Shown here: piece by piece, positions 37,709 through 48,298 of the stretch
Layout of the letters: each line of letters opens with the position of its first letter
How positions within the stretch are numbered: the first letter of the stretch is position 1
NCBI GenBank assembly: GCA_040387215.1
Contig: JAZKEG010000006.1
Coordinates: forward strand, 132,092 to 196,091
Source of the DNA: Verrucomicrobiota bacterium
GTDB lineage: Bacteria > Verrucomicrobiota > Verrucomicrobiia > Verrucomicrobiales > Akkermansiaceae
Direction: 5' to 3'
Length of the DNA stretch: 64,000 nt
Notes under the pieces: generated by a model
The model's database searches: none
The model's input: the letters and a program-made list of their open reading frames with translations, nothing else
Told to the model about the DNA's origin: nothing
Made by a program: the position numbers and the translations under genes

Positions 37709-38365
37709 ATGAGTACCTCCACCAAATCAACTTCCAATAAGGGAGTTCGCTATACTGACGAACAGAAGAAAGAGATCACCAACTTCGTCGCGGAATACAA
37801 TTCTGCGAATGGCCGTGGTGGCCAAGCGAAGGCATCCGAAAAGTTCGGTGTCTCGCAGCTAACGATCTCTGGCTGGATCAAAGGATCCGGCACTTCCGCG
37901 AAGAAAGGTGCGAAAGCCCCGAAGGCAGCCAAGGCTCCTAAGGCCGCAAAAGCGCCGAAGGTGGCGAAGGCTCCTAAGGTCAAGAAGAGCGCGAAGAAGT
38001 CCACCCGCGGTGGTTCGCGCTACACGGCTGAACAAAAGCAGGAGGTCGTTGACTTCACCGTTGGCTACAACGCAGCTAACGGTCGTGGCGGTCAAAGCAA
38101 GGCAGCCGCCAAGTTCAATGTTTCTCCTCTCACGGTGATGGCATGGCTCAAGGCTGCCGGCGTGACGAAGGGTGGCAAAGCCGCTAAGGTTGCGAAAGTG
38201 GTGAAGGCCGTGAAAGCGTCCAAGGCCGGCCGCAAGCCAGCCGCCTCGGGTGACTTCGATGCCAAGCTCACCAACCTCCTCGCCCTGAGCAAGGAAATGG
38301 CCAAGGCTCAAGCCGAACTCGACAAGGCTGTTGCCAAGTTCAATGCCGCCAAGGCTGCCCTCTAA
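37709..38365 (+). CDS. Lys/Ala-rich protein with two HTH-like repeats and C-terminal coiled coil (candidate nucleoid-associated protein)
   Basis: Duplicated RYTxEQK..YNxANGRGGQxKA..KFxVS.LT...W.K units; KAPKAA linker; own promoter and terminator. Confidence 0.75.
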   Translation: MSTSTKSTSNKGVRYTDEQKKEITNFVAEYNSANGRGGQAKASEKFGVSQLTISGWIKGSGTSAKKGAKAPKAAKAPKAAKAPKVAKAPKVKKSAKKSTRGGSRYTAEQKQEVVDFTVGYNAANGRGGQSKAAAKFNVSPLTVMAWLKAAGVTKGGKAAKVAKVVKAVKASKAGRKPAASGDFDAKLTNLLALSKEMAKAQAELDKAVAKFNAAKAAL

Positions 38366-38384
38366 TTTTAAATCATCTAACGAG

Positions 38385-38421
38385 AAAGGCCGCTTCCCTT
38401 GCGAGGGGAGCGGCCTTTTTT
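38385..38421. terminator. Rho-independent terminator
   Basis: AAAGGCCGCTTCCCT-TGCG-AGGGGAGCGGCCTTTTTT. Confidence 0.88.
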
Positions 38422-38432
38422 CATTTTAAGAA

Positions 38433-38930
38433 TCACCAGACGAGATCGGTCACGATCTCTTTCCACAGCATGCGTTCGCCTTCGAACACAAAGCTACCGC
38501 GAAAGGTCTTTTGCTCCAGCACCAGCGGCAGCCAGTGGCGGTCGTCTTCCCACATTTGATGATAGGGAATGGCGTCCAGAGCGGTCCAGCGCGGCACCGC
38601 CTCGTCGGTTTCGGTCGGAGTGCCGGTGAACCCGTGCGAGCGATAGACATGGCATAGGATGTCCGGGCAATCGGACATGGAGAAACGCAGTTCACCGAGT
38701 TTCACCGGATCGTGCGGCGTGATGACGAGTTCCTCTTGGGTTTCTCGGATGATCGCTTGAAGCGGTGTCTCACCGGGATCGATCTTGCCACCCGGGCCAT
38801 TGATCTTGCCCGCACCGAGGCCGCGCTTTTTCTCGATGAGCAGCACTTGCCCGTCTTGAATGATGAACATCAAGGTGGCGAGCATTTCGCCTTTCCAGGT
38901 GGTCCAGTCGATGGGGGAAAGCTCCGTCAT
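38433..38930 (-). CDS. NUDIX hydrolase, 8-oxo-dGTP diphosphatase (MTH1/MutT-like)
   Basis: [21 protein letters not shown]...IRETQEE Nudix box, IPY..MWEDD..W; start corrected to 38930 (overlaps gcvP stop). Confidence 0.88.
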   Translation of the reverse strand: MTELSPIDWTTWKGEMLATLMFIIQDGQVLLIEKKRGLGAGKINGPGGKIDPGETPLQAIIRETQEELVITPHDPVKLGELRFSMSDCPDILCHVYRSHGFTGTPTETDEAVPRWTALDAIPYHQMWEDDRHWLPLVLEQKTFRGSFVFEGERMLWKEIVTDLVW

Positions 38931-41758
38931 GCGCCTCTTTCCGCGTAGGCTTCCACGGTGTCGCAGGTGCAGACGAGGTTGCGATCGCCGTGCACGTTGT
39001 CGATGCGACCGACGGACGGCCAGAACTTGTGGTCGCGCAGATAGGGCAAGGGAAACGCCGCTTGTTCGCGGCTGTAGGCATGCGGCCAGTCGTTTCCACA
39101 CACGGTTTCGCAGGGGTGTGGCGCGTGCTTGAGCGGATTGTCTGCGGCATCCGAGGTACCGCGGATGATGGCCGCGATCTCACCATGGATGGAAATCATC
39201 GCATCGCAGAAGCGGTCGAGTTCGGTTAGTGATTCGGATTCGGTCGGTTCTATCATCAACGTGCCGCCGACAGGCCAACTCATGGTCGGTGAATGGAAAC
39301 CATAATCCATCAAGCGCTTCGCGACATCTTCCACGGTGATGCCGCTTTTCTCGGTGAGATCGCGCAAGTCGATGATGCATTCGTGGGCGACGCGGCCGTC
39401 GTTGCCGGTGTAAAGGATGGGGAAACAAGGAGCCAACCGCGCAGCAATGTAGTTTGCATTGAGGATGGCCACTTCGGTGGCTTCCTTCAGTCCGTCGGCA
39501 CCCATCATGGCGATGTACATCCAAGAAATCGTGTTGATGGAGGCGCTGCCCCAAGGTGCGGAGCAGACGGGGCCCACGTGGTTTTCCAGTTCACGGTGGC
39601 CAGGCAGATAGGGCAAAAGTTGTGAGGCCACGCCGATGGGGCCGACGCCGGGACCGCCGCCGCCGTGAGGAATGCAGAAGGTTTTGTGCAAATTCAAATG
39701 GCAGACATCCGCGCCGATGAGTCCGGGCGAGGTGAGTCCGACCTGGGCATTCATGTTTGCGCCATCCATATAAACCTGTCCGCCGGCCTCGTGGATGATG
39801 CCGCAGATGTCGCGTATGGTTTCCTCGAACACGCCGTGGGTGGATGGATAAGTGACCATCAGCGCGGCAAGATTGGCGCGGTGTTCCTCGGTGCGGGTGG
39901 CGAGGTCAGCGACGTCGATGTTGCCCTTTTCATCGCATTTCACGCCGACGACGCGCATGCCAACCATGACGGCGGACGCTGGGTTCGTGCCGTGCGCGGA
40001 AACCGGGATGAGGCAGACGTTGCGGTGCGAATCCCCGCGGGCGAGGTGATAGCGACGAATGGCGAGAAGTCCGGCATACTCGCCTTGGGAGCCGGCGTTC
40101 GGTTGCAAGGAAACGCCCGCAAAACCGGTGATCTCGGCGAGCCAATCCTCCAGCAGCCCTAACATCTCGCGATAGCCGATGCTTTGATCCGCAGGAACGA
40201 AGGGATGCAGCGAGGAAACTTCCGGCCAACTCAACGGCATCATTTCCGAAGTCGCATTGAGTTTCATCGTGCAGGAGCCGAGAGCGATCATCGATTCATT
40301 GAGCGCGAGATCCTTCGATTCGAGGCGCTTCAAGTAACGGAGCATGTCCGTTTCCGAATGATAACTGTTGAAGACCTTCTGGGTGAGGATGGGGGTGGTT
40401 CTGGCAATTTCGATGGGCCAGTCGGTGGATGGAAAGGAATCGATGAGCGTTGCGCCGAAGGCTTCGCAGATCGTTGCGAGATCGCCGCCGTGGGTGGTTT
40501 CGTCCAAAGAAATCCCGAGATGGTCGGCATCGATGAATCTCAGGTTGATTCCGGCAGCGACGCAGTTTTGCAGAATCTCCGAGGCCTTGCCGGGGACGCG
40601 GGTGACGAGGGTGTCGAAATAGTAACCGGATTCGATTTCGATGCCGGCTTGGCTCAGTGACGTTGCAAGTCGGGTGGTGTGGCCAAGAACCCCGAGTGCG
40701 ATTTGCTTTAGTCCATCCGGCCCATGATAGACCGCATACATCGAGGCCATCACCGCGAGCAGCACTTGTGCGGTGCAGATGTTGGAGGTCGCCTTGTCGC
40801 GGCGGATGTGTTGTTCACGGGTTTGCAGGGCGAGTCGATAGCCGGGCTTGCCGCGTGAATCCACCGACACGCCGATGAGGCGGCCGGGCATCTTGCGTTT
40901 CAGCGAATCCACACAGGCCATGAATCCTGCGTGCGGACCGCCGAAGCCCATCGGCACGCCGAAACGTTGCGAAGAGCCGACGCAGATGTCCGCGCCGAAT
41001 TGCCCGGGTGCTTTGAGCACGGTCAGCGCGAGAAGGTCTGCTGCGACGATGGTCACCGCGCCCGCTGCCTTGGCTTTGGCAAAAAACGCCGAGTAGTCAT
41101 CGATGCGCCCGCGAGTGTCGGGATACTGGACGAGCACCGCAAAAAGGCCCTCGCAGGCCGCTGCATCGAAGCTTTGCCAATCGCCGATGATCACGGCAAT
41201 GCCGAGGGGTTCGGCACGGGTGACGACGACGTCGATGGTTTGCGGATGGCAGCGGTCGGAAACAAAAATTGCTTTGCCTTTGGGTTTGCCCGCGAGCGCC
41301 AGGCTCATCGCTTCCGCCGCGGCGGTGCCTTCGTCGAGCAGCGAGGCGTTGGAAACATCCAGACCCGTTAGGTCAGTGATCATTGTTTGGAAATTCAACA
41401 AGGCTTCGAGACGGCCTTGCGCGATTTCAGCCTGATAGGGCGTGTAAGCGGTGTACCAACCGGGGTTTTCCAAGATATTGCGCTGGATGACGCCGGGCGT
41501 GTGGGTGCCGGAATAGCCTTGGCCGATGAAGGACCGCATGACGCGGTTTTTCGACATGATGGATTTCAACCAAGCGAGCGCCTCAGGCTCAGAACAGGCG
41601 GGCGGTAGGGTGAGTGCGCCATCCATGCGGATGCCGGCGGGCACGGCGGCGGCGATGAGCGCGTCGAGCGACGCGTAGCCGGTTTGCGTGAGCATTTCGT
41701 CGCGGTCGGAACCGACGGGTCCAAGATGGCGGCTGCGGAAATCGATACGGGCTGGCAT
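38927..41758 (-). CDS. gcvP: Glycine dehydrogenase (decarboxylating), glycine cleavage P protein
   Basis: [59 protein letters not shown] (PLP Lys); start corrected to 41758. Confidence 0.97.
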   Translation of the reverse strand: MPARIDFRSRHLGPVGSDRDEMLTQTGYASLDALIAAAVPAGIRMDGALTLPPACSEPEALAWLKSIMSKNRVMRSFIGQGYSGTHTPGVIQRNILENPGWYTAYTPYQAEIAQGRLEALLNFQTMITDLTGLDVSNASLLDEGTAAAEAMSLALAGKPKGKAIFVSDRCHPQTIDVVVTRAEPLGIAVIIGDWQSFDAAACEGLFAVLVQYPDTRGRIDDYSAFFAKAKAAGAVTIVAADLLALTVLKAPGQFGADICVGSSQRFGVPMGFGGPHAGFMACVDSLKRKMPGRLIGVSVDSRGKPGYRLALQTREQHIRRDKATSNICTAQVLLAVMASMYAVYHGPDGLKQIALGVLGHTTRLATSLSQAGIEIESGYYFDTLVTRVPGKASEILQNCVAAGINLRFIDADHLGISLDETTHGGDLATICEAFGATLIDSFPSTDWPIEIARTTPILTQKVFNSYHSETDMLRYLKRLESKDLALNESMIALGSCTMKLNATSEMMPLSWPEVSSLHPFVPADQSIGYREMLGLLEDWLAEITGFAGVSLQPNAGSQGEYAGLLAIRRYHLARGDSHRNVCLIPVSAHGTNPASAVMVGMRVVGVKCDEKGNIDVADLATRTEEHRANLAALMVTYPSTHGVFEETIRDICGIIHEAGGQVYMDGANMNAQVGLTSPGLIGADVCHLNLHKTFCIPHGGGGPGVGPIGVASQLLPYLPGHRELENHVGPVCSAPWGSASINTISWMYIAMMGADGLKEATEVAILNANYIAARLAPCFPILYTGNDGRVAHECIIDLRDLTEKSGITVEDVAKRLMDYGFHSPTMSWPVGGTLMIEPTESESLTELDRFCDAMISIHGEIAAIIRGTSDAADNPLKHAPHPCETVCGNDWPHAYSREQAAFPLPYLRDHKFWPSVGRIDNVHGDRNLVCTCDTVEAYAERGA

Positions 41759-41868
41759 GGTGGCTGGAATGGGATGCGACCGGTGACAGCCCGGTCGGGA
41801 CGCCCTTTCCATAGAGGAAATCCCCCGCCGCGCAACCCCTGCGTGGAAATCCCGCAGACGGAGCCGAC

Positions 41869-42663
41869 TCAGGCGGATTGGGCGCTCACCAAGATGGCGG
41901 CGTCGGCCATCGCCTGCTTGCGAATCGCCTTGCGCGTCTTGAGGATGAGTTTCCACAGGTCGGGCGCGAAGCTGGGCGTGAACCCGTGGCGTTCCAGCCA
42001 CGTGGCGAGTGTGGCGAGGTCGTTTTCATCGCCGAGCAGTTCCGCGAGGTCGGCCATGACGGGTTCTGCGGGCACTGAGTTTTCGGGCAAAAATCCGACG
42101 GCCCCGAGATACGCTTTGAGCGCCTTGCGCGCGTCGTGGAAATCCTCCTCCGCGCGGTGGTCGAGGTGGCGGCATCGGCGAATGACCCGCTTGCGCAGCT
42201 TGTCGACGCCCTTCGCCATTCGTTCGGTTAGGTCAGCGGGCGGCAGTTGGCTCAGTTCGTCGCTGGCGGTGCGGACGCGCTCGACGCACCAGGAAATCGT
42301 TGCCGCCGGAGGTCGGCGGGCGGCGGTGTGCGTCTGCTGTTCGAGCAAGCCGACGATGGCCGCAGAGGTCGTTTCATCCGCCTTCCACGCGAGCTTGTTC
42401 CACGTGCTGAGTCGGGAAACCGCGTCGCGTGGGCTGGAAAGCAGGCGACCAATCACTTGGATTTCGCGTGCCGCGCTGTCTTCCAGTCGGAACAACGCGA
42501 AGCCGCCGCGCAGGGATTTTCCCAGCTTGCGGATCGCATGCACCTCCTCGGCGACACGGCCTTTGGAGTCGAGCAAGCCGTTCAAACGCATTTCCATCGT
42601 GCCGCAGCCTGCAGTGAGTCGCTGGCTCGCGAATCCCGCATCGCTTTCCGTCCATGAAGTCAT
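41869..42663 (-). CDS. CHAD domain protein
   Basis: [32 protein letters not shown]. Confidence 0.8.
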   Translation of the reverse strand: MTSWTESDAGFASQRLTAGCGTMEMRLNGLLDSKGRVAEEVHAIRKLGKSLRGGFALFRLEDSAAREIQVIGRLLSSPRDAVSRLSTWNKLAWKADETTSAAIVGLLEQQTHTAARRPPAATISWCVERVRTASDELSQLPPADLTERMAKGVDKLRKRVIRRCRHLDHRAEEDFHDARKALKAYLGAVGFLPENSVPAEPVMADLAELLGDENDLATLATWLERHGFTPSFAPDLWKLILKTRKAIRKQAMADAAILVSAQSA

Positions 42664-42727
42664 CGGGCGGATGAAACGATGGCCACCGAGAAATGTCAGT
42701 GACGAAAATGTGACAGCTCCGATGGAG

Positions 42728-43951
42728 TCACTCGACCGGTTTGACCCAAGTAAAAATCCACAAGCTGATGAGGCTCACGCCGATGGCGAGCCAGCCGAGG
42801 GTGTCGAAATGGAGCAGTCGGCCCGTCGGCGTTTGTGCCACGACATAGCCGCCGATGGACGCGGTGACGCCGGACGCGAAGTCGCGCGCGCAGGCGACGA
42901 GGCTCATGTAAGCGCCGCGGCGTTCGCGCGGGACGGCCATCGAAATGACCGCTTGGCTTGGGATGAAGCGGCCGCCGGCGAAAGTGAAAAAGAATCCGGC
43001 GAGCACCAAGTTTTGCCAGACGGGCATGGGGCCGGCGTTGGTGAGCAGGTGGATCACCACGCAGGCACCGGCGACGAGAATGGCGAAAACGCGGAACTTG
43101 CCGTGGCGATCCGCCAGTTTTCCGATGAGTGGCCCGGTGAAAATGGTGACGATGCCGCCGGTGAGATAGATCAGGAAAAGTTTCTCCTCCGGCAGGCCAG
43201 TGTTGCCGACAAGAAAGGGCGAGAGGAAGGGGATGATGGTGAAATGGCCGAACACCACCGCGACCATCAAGGCGAGGCCGCGCAGCGCGTTGGCATTGCG
43301 GATGAGATCAAAAAAATCTCTGCCAGATTTCACCTTGCCGCCTGTGAGGTGACCGCGCACCGGAGGCAGGATGCGGAACAAGCCGATCCAAACGAACAGC
43401 GCGACAAAGGCCACGGTCAGGAAAGGCCCTTCCCATTTCCACCACTGCGCAATCTTGAGTCCAAACGGAACGCCGAGCGCAGCTGCAACGGAAAACGCGG
43501 TCATGATGATGCCCATCCCGCGCGCCCGCCGCTCCGGCGGCACGACGTCCGCGACGATGGCCATGATGGTCGCCCCGCTGACCCCGCCAAACGCCCCACA
43601 AATGGCGCGCGCGACCATCAAGGTGGCCGCGCTGTCCGCCAACCCACAAGCCAAAGTGCCCAAGGTGAATCCGGCATAACAGAATAGCAGCAACTTGCGG
43701 CGGTCGAAGCGATCGGTGAATGGAGCTGCCGCCAACCCGACGATGCCTGCCGTCAGCGCGAAGGTGGAAATGAGCGCTCCGAATTGCTGCGCATCGATGT
43801 GCAGCTCGCGCATCAACTGGGGCCCGAGCGGCATCATGATCATGAAATCCATGATGTGCGTGAACTGCACTGCCGCGAGCAAGAGCAGCAGGCGTTTCTC
43901 GGAAAGCAACGGCTTGCCCGCTGGTTGTGGGGCTTCTTCGGTTTGGTTCAC
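42728..43951 (-). CDS. MFS transporter
   Basis: About 12 TM segments, DRFDRRK motif A, ERRARGMG, GKLADRHGK. Confidence 0.9.
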   Translation of the reverse strand: MNQTEEAPQPAGKPLLSEKRLLLLLAAVQFTHIMDFMIMMPLGPQLMRELHIDAQQFGALISTFALTAGIVGLAAAPFTDRFDRRKLLLFCYAGFTLGTLACGLADSAATLMVARAICGAFGGVSGATIMAIVADVVPPERRARGMGIIMTAFSVAAALGVPFGLKIAQWWKWEGPFLTVAFVALFVWIGLFRILPPVRGHLTGGKVKSGRDFFDLIRNANALRGLALMVAVVFGHFTIIPFLSPFLVGNTGLPEEKLFLIYLTGGIVTIFTGPLIGKLADRHGKFRVFAILVAGACVVIHLLTNAGPMPVWQNLVLAGFFFTFAGGRFIPSQAVISMAVPRERRGAYMSLVACARDFASGVTASIGGYVVAQTPTGRLLHFDTLGWLAIGVSLISLWIFTWVKPVE

Positions 43952-44181
43952 GGTGGGGAAAGGGCTGCTTTATTTGGAGCAGTTTGTGAGCGTGCGCAAC
44001 CCGAGTCGGTGGATGATTTTTTCAAACGTCGGCATCATCTTGGTCGTAGAACGAGGTATTCCTAGGAATTTGACTCGGCCATTCAAAACGGATTTCGCGG
44101 GGATGCGAACCCACGGAAAGCGGGTTTCGAAGCCGCCAATCATCGCTTGAGCAGTTCGTCTTTTCGTGTATTTTTTTGCCC

Positions 44182-44487
44182 GTGATCAAAAGTTTCGCGG
44201 ACCCGCTCACGGAAAAGCTTTTCCTTGGCTTGGATCTAAGCCGCAAGGAGCTCAACAAACTCGGAACTCTCAACTCCGTTAAAGCCTTCGAGCGGCTGGC
44301 CATCCTCAACGAAGCTGATGAGAAAACTCTCATGCTCATCCCCGCGCTCCACTATCACAAACTCAAGGGCTCCTCCAACTACTCGATCGATGCTGATTCC
44401 CGCAAATCCCCGTGGCGCATCACCTTTCAATGGGAAAACATGGAAATGAAAAACGTCGAACTGGTCAAAATCCAAGATACCCACTGA
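44182..44487 (+). CDS. higB: HigB-type (RelE/ParE) toxin
   Basis: GTG start MIKSFAD..TEKLF, YHKLKG, YSI...WRITFQW, IQDTH. Confidence 0.85.
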   Translation: MIKSFADPLTEKLFLGLDLSRKELNKLGTLNSVKAFERLAILNEADEKTLMLIPALHYHKLKGSSNYSIDADSRKSPWRITFQWENMEMKNVELVKIQDTH

Positions 44488-44499
44488 ACCGCACTAAAA

Positions 44500-44832
44500 A
44501 TGAAACCGCAATCTACCGCCATCCCACGGGATCCGCTCAAAGTTCCCAAGCCTATTTCCAATCCCGCTGCGGCACTCATCCGAGACACCATCGCCCATCA
44601 TGGCGTCACCCAGATCGCCGCCGCTGCCGCAATGAACCTCAGCAAAGCGCAGCTTAGCGACGTGATTCGGCAGAAAAAGGGGGTGAGCGCCTCCATCGCT
44701 CTTCGCGTCCAGCTCTGTTTCGGCATCCCCGGCGACCTGCTCATCCGCCTTCAAAGCCAGTTCGACTTTCAAAAAGCCTATCACTCCGCCAAAAACCTCG
44801 CACTTCACAAGGAAGTTAAAAGTCTGACCTGA
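44500..44832 (+). CDS. higA: HigA antitoxin (XRE HTH)
   Basis: HTH TQ.AAA.AM.LSKAQLS.VI, SASIALR....FG, LQSQFD; toxin-first order. Confidence 0.85.
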   Translation: MKPQSTAIPRDPLKVPKPISNPAAALIRDTIAHHGVTQIAAAAAMNLSKAQLSDVIRQKKGVSASIALRVQLCFGIPGDLLIRLQSQFDFQKAYHSAKNLALHKEVKSLT

Positions 44833-44900
44833 GGTTGTTAGGTGTGTTGAGTGTCTGGAACGGTTGAGAGAACGGATAGATTCCTCTCCTACGAGAGGAC

Positions 44901-45791
44901 TCAAGTCAGCCAGACGGATTTCAAATACGGCTCCTCGCTGAAGTCTGGCGGCATGGGGGAATGGCGGGCGGCCATGGCGTGGCGTGCGGCGGCGCGCAGT
45001 TGCTTTTGAAAATCGTTGAGTGGGAGGTTGCGGCAGTTGGTGGAGCAGAGCAGCCAGCCATCGGGGGCTAACACCTCCAACGCCAGCGCGGCGAGTTCGC
45101 CGAAGTTTTCCTCCACGCGGAAGACCTTGCCCTTTTCGTCGCGGGAGAAAGTCGGTGGGTCGAGCACGATGCCGTCAAAGGTGCGGCCTTGTTTCGCGAA
45201 GCGGCGCAGCCAGTGAAACGTGTCGCCTTTGCAAAAATGGTGAGCGGCGGGATCGAGGCCGTTGTGGGACAGATTGCGTTTCGCCCAGTCGAGGTACGGT
45301 TGGGAGAGGTCGAGGGTGGTCGTTTCCGCGCCCGCTGTGGCGGCGGCGACGGAGAAGGCGCCGGTGTAGGCAAAGGTGTTGAGCAGACGCTTGCCGGGGG
45401 CCATTCGCTCGCGGACGGCGGCGCGGTTGTCGCGTTGATCGAGGAAGATCCCTTGCGAGTAGCCGGACTGAAACGAGATCTCAAAGGCAAGGCCATTCTC
45501 GCGCATGAGGAAGGGCGCGGTGATTTCGGGTCCTGATAGATGGGTGGGCGATTCCTTTTGGTGCTGGTCGAGCCGTTTCCAATAGCAGGAAACGCCTTGG
45601 TCGCGGACCCATTCGCGAAACTCAGGCGGCAGCTGGCTGGTCGTGGTGGAGACCAGCCAATGGCCGGCGAAGGTTTCCAGATAGATGCCGGGCAGGCCAT
45701 CGCCACGACCATCGATGAGTCGCACGGCATCGGTGTTGGCATTGAGCAAATCGGCGCGGCGGTCGACGGCGGCAGTTAGGAGGCGGTGCAT
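44901..45791 (-). CDS. SAM-dependent rRNA methyltransferase (RlmI/RlmK family)
   Basis: ENGL.F, QGIFLDQRDNR, LLNTFAYTGAFS, LDLS, LDPPTF. Confidence 0.88.
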   Translation of the reverse strand: MHRLLTAAVDRRADLLNANTDAVRLIDGRGDGLPGIYLETFAGHWLVSTTTSQLPPEFREWVRDQGVSCYWKRLDQHQKESPTHLSGPEITAPFLMRENGLAFEISFQSGYSQGIFLDQRDNRAAVRERMAPGKRLLNTFAYTGAFSVAAATAGAETTTLDLSQPYLDWAKRNLSHNGLDPAAHHFCKGDTFHWLRRFAKQGRTFDGIVLDPPTFSRDEKGKVFRVEENFGELAALALEVLAPDGWLLCSTNCRNLPLNDFQKQLRAAARHAMAARHSPMPPDFSEEPYLKSVWLT

Positions 45792-45957
45792 GGGCGCGGA
45801 GAGGGTGCGGCGGTTGAGCCACGCCAACGGGTGTCAAGCCACGGGCAGGCCAAGTCAAGCGGAAGCGCGGGTGAGATGGATGGCAAGGCACTGAGGCATT
45901 TTCCCGATGGCGCAATCGGATGGGCTGGGTAGGGTGCTTGCCCAACCTTACTGACCC

Positions 45958-47817
45958 ATGCCTGATTCCATGATTTTTTCCGAAAAACGCATTGCCCGGA
46001 TTGCTGAGACCATGTCGGTGGACGCCGCTGAACTCGCGGCGATTGTCCAACAGGGCTTCTCCCAAGATTTTCCTGCCGGGAGCTGGCTTTTTCATGAATC
46101 CACGCCGCGGCTGTGGATGGGCATCGTGGAACAGGGGGAAATTGAAATTGTCACCGGCAACCACGGCAGCAGCACACGATTGGCGACACTGACGCATGGC
46201 AGTGCGTTCAGCGAGGGCATCATGTTGGACGATCTGCCGCACGCGGCTTCTGGAGTCGCTCTAACGGATGTGCGGGCGTGGCTGATTCCGCGCGCGGTGT
46301 TCGAAAAGCTGCGAGAAGAGAAACCAGAGATATTCTATCGAATGGTGGGGCACATCGCGCGGAGATTGAGTGCTCGACTCAAAGCGGCCAATGAGCACCT
46401 CGTTTCGGGGCGCTCGCCGGTGGTCGCCACTTGGCGCAAGGAGCACGATTCGCTCGGCGAGCGCGAGTTGCCAGACACCGCGTATTACGGCGTGCAAACG
46501 TTGCGTGGGATGGAAAATTTCCCGATTTCGGGCATTCCGTTGCACCACTTTGGTCACTTCGTCCGCAGCCTCGTTTATGTGAAGAAGGCCGCCGCGTTGG
46601 CGAATAAAGGGCTCGGCGTGCTGGCCGCTGAAAAGGCGGATGCCATCATCGCAGCGTGTGACGAAATCATCGCCGGGAAATGGCATGAGGAGTTCACCAT
46701 CGACATGATTCAGGGCGGGGCTGGCACATCGACCAACATGAATGCCAACGAGGTCATCGCGAACCGGGCCTTGGAAATCCTCGGCCATCGCAAGGGGCAA
46801 TATCAATTTTTGCACCCCAATGATGACGTCAACCGTTCGCAATCCACCAACGACGTCTATCCGACCGCGATCAAGATTGGCGTGATTCTAACGATGAAGG
46901 ATGCCACCTATGCGCTGCGCGAATTGCAGGGCGCGTTGCTGCACAAGGCGGGTGAGTTCCAGGATGTTTTAAAAATGGGCCGCACCGAGAACCAAGATGC
47001 CGTACCGATGACGTTGGGCCAGGAATTCAGCGCCTACGCTGTGATGGTGGGCGATGGCATCCGCTACATCGAAAGAGCTGCTTCGGAGTTTTTGGAGATC
47101 AACATGGGAGCCACGGCTGTGGGGACGGGGATCAACAGCCCGAAAGGATATGCCGAGCTTTGCACCATGCATCTCAGCGATGTCAGCGGTCTGCGGGTGT
47201 TGATGTCAGAAAACTTGGTGGAGTCCACTCAAGACAGCGGTGCCTTCGCGCTGATGAGCAGCTCGATGAAAACGGCGGCGGTGCAGCTTTCGAAGATATG
47301 CAATGACCTGCGTTGGCTTTCGTCTGGCCCTCGTTGCGGGCTGTATGAAATCCGCCTGCCCGCGATGCAGCCGGGTTCTTCGATCATGCCGGGAAAGGTG
47401 AATCCTGTGATCCCAGAAATGGTCAACCAAGTGTGCTATCAGATCATCGGCGCTGATGTGACCATTTCCATGGCCGCAGAGGCGAGCGAGTTGGAGCTCA
47501 ACATGGCGGAACCCATCATCGCGTTCAACCTGTTCTTCGGCCTCACGTTGTTGCGCAATGCTGCCATCGCCCTGCACACGCGTTGCATTTCTGGCATCGA
47601 GCCCAATCGCGAACGCTGCTTGGAGTATGTGAGAAACTCGATTGGTTTGGTCACTGCTCTCAATCCGGTGCTCGGTTACGAGCGCAGCGCCGCGATTGCC
47701 CGCGAGGCGCTTGAAACCGGTCGCAGCGTGTACAGCTTGGTGCTGGAAAAGGGCTGGCTGGACCGTGCCACGCTGGATGAACTGCTCACTCCAGAAAACA
47801 TGACGGGTCCTCGCTGA
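45958..47817 (+). CDS. aspA: Aspartate ammonia-lyase with N-terminal cyclic-nucleotide-binding domain
   Basis: cNMP-like (F.AG..LFHE, IVEQGEIEI, FSEG..LD..PH.AS..A) then EHDSLG, YYGVQTLR, QGGAGTSTNMN, GSSIMPGKVNP. Confidence 0.9.
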   Translation: MPDSMIFSEKRIARIAETMSVDAAELAAIVQQGFSQDFPAGSWLFHESTPRLWMGIVEQGEIEIVTGNHGSSTRLATLTHGSAFSEGIMLDDLPHAASGVALTDVRAWLIPRAVFEKLREEKPEIFYRMVGHIARRLSARLKAANEHLVSGRSPVVATWRKEHDSLGERELPDTAYYGVQTLRGMENFPISGIPLHHFGHFVRSLVYVKKAAALANKGLGVLAAEKADAIIAACDEIIAGKWHEEFTIDMIQGGAGTSTNMNANEVIANRALEILGHRKGQYQFLHPNDDVNRSQSTNDVYPTAIKIGVILTMKDATYALRELQGALLHKAGEFQDVLKMGRTENQDAVPMTLGQEFSAYAVMVGDGIRYIERAASEFLEINMGATAVGTGINSPKGYAELCTMHLSDVSGLRVLMSENLVESTQDSGAFALMSSSMKTAAVQLSKICNDLRWLSSGPRCGLYEIRLPAMQPGSSIMPGKVNPVIPEMVNQVCYQIIGADVTISMAAEASELELNMAEPIIAFNLFFGLTLLRNAAIALHTRCISGIEPNRERCLEYVRNSIGLVTALNPVLGYERSAAIAREALETGRSVYSLVLEKGWLDRATLDELLTPENMTGPR

Positions 47818-47870
47818 GGCTGGGATTTGCGATTGCGTGTCCCGAGTTCCGGCGGAATCATCCGCGCGTC

Positions 47871-48077
47871 ATGAAACATCGCAAACTCGCTCTCATCACC
47901 GCAGCTGCCCTCGGCACCGTTTTCTCCACCTCCTGCGCCACCACCAAGGGCTTCGGCCAAGATCTCCAAAAGGTCGGTAACAAGCTGGAAAATGAGGCCA
48001 ATGCGACAGGCGGCGCGGCACCCGTCCAGCCAAGTTCCACCGGGATTTACACCCCGGCTGCGCCCACCGCTTATTGA
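47871..48077 (+). CDS. Entericidin EcnB-like lipoprotein
   Basis: Signal plus STSC lipobox, CATTKGFGQDLQKVG. Confidence 0.8.
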   Translation: MKHRKLALITAAALGTVFSTSCATTKGFGQDLQKVGNKLENEANATGGAAPVQPSSTGIYTPAAPTAY

Positions 48078-48156
48078 TCGGTGCAAGGTCACTCCGGCGA
48101 GGCCAGCATCGCCCGGGGTCTGAACTAGGGTGATTTTCCTGCGATCACCCGATCCA

Positions 48157-48195
48157 AACCCCAACCGCTGGCGCGTGGTTGGGGTTGCGTTTGTT
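48157..48195 (+). terminator. Probable terminator hairpin
   Basis: AACCCCAACC/GGTTGGGGTT stem followed by GCGTTTGTT. Confidence 0.5.
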
Positions 48196-48298
48196 CACAC
48201 GGCCCTTTCGGGGGGGCGAATTCTCCTAGCGAAATAGGCGCTGGTTTCTGAGTTTCAAGGTGCTATTTCGTCGTTCCCCCCAAACCCAAAAACCCACC

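Noticed and set aside
37709-38365. IS3-family OrfA transposase fragment
   Set aside because: The HTH is similar, but there is no DDE OrfB or terminal inverted repeat; the domain is duplicated with basic linkers and has its own promoter and terminator
41759-41868. Glycine riboswitch upstream of gcvP
   Set aside because: Only 110 nt, and no GGAGA...CCGAAG...CUCUCAGG pattern
48185-48230. c-di-GMP-I riboswitch on the minus strand (GAAA hairpin near ACGCAA)
   Set aside because: GGCAAAC is missing, spacing is wrong, and there is no downstream minus-strand gene
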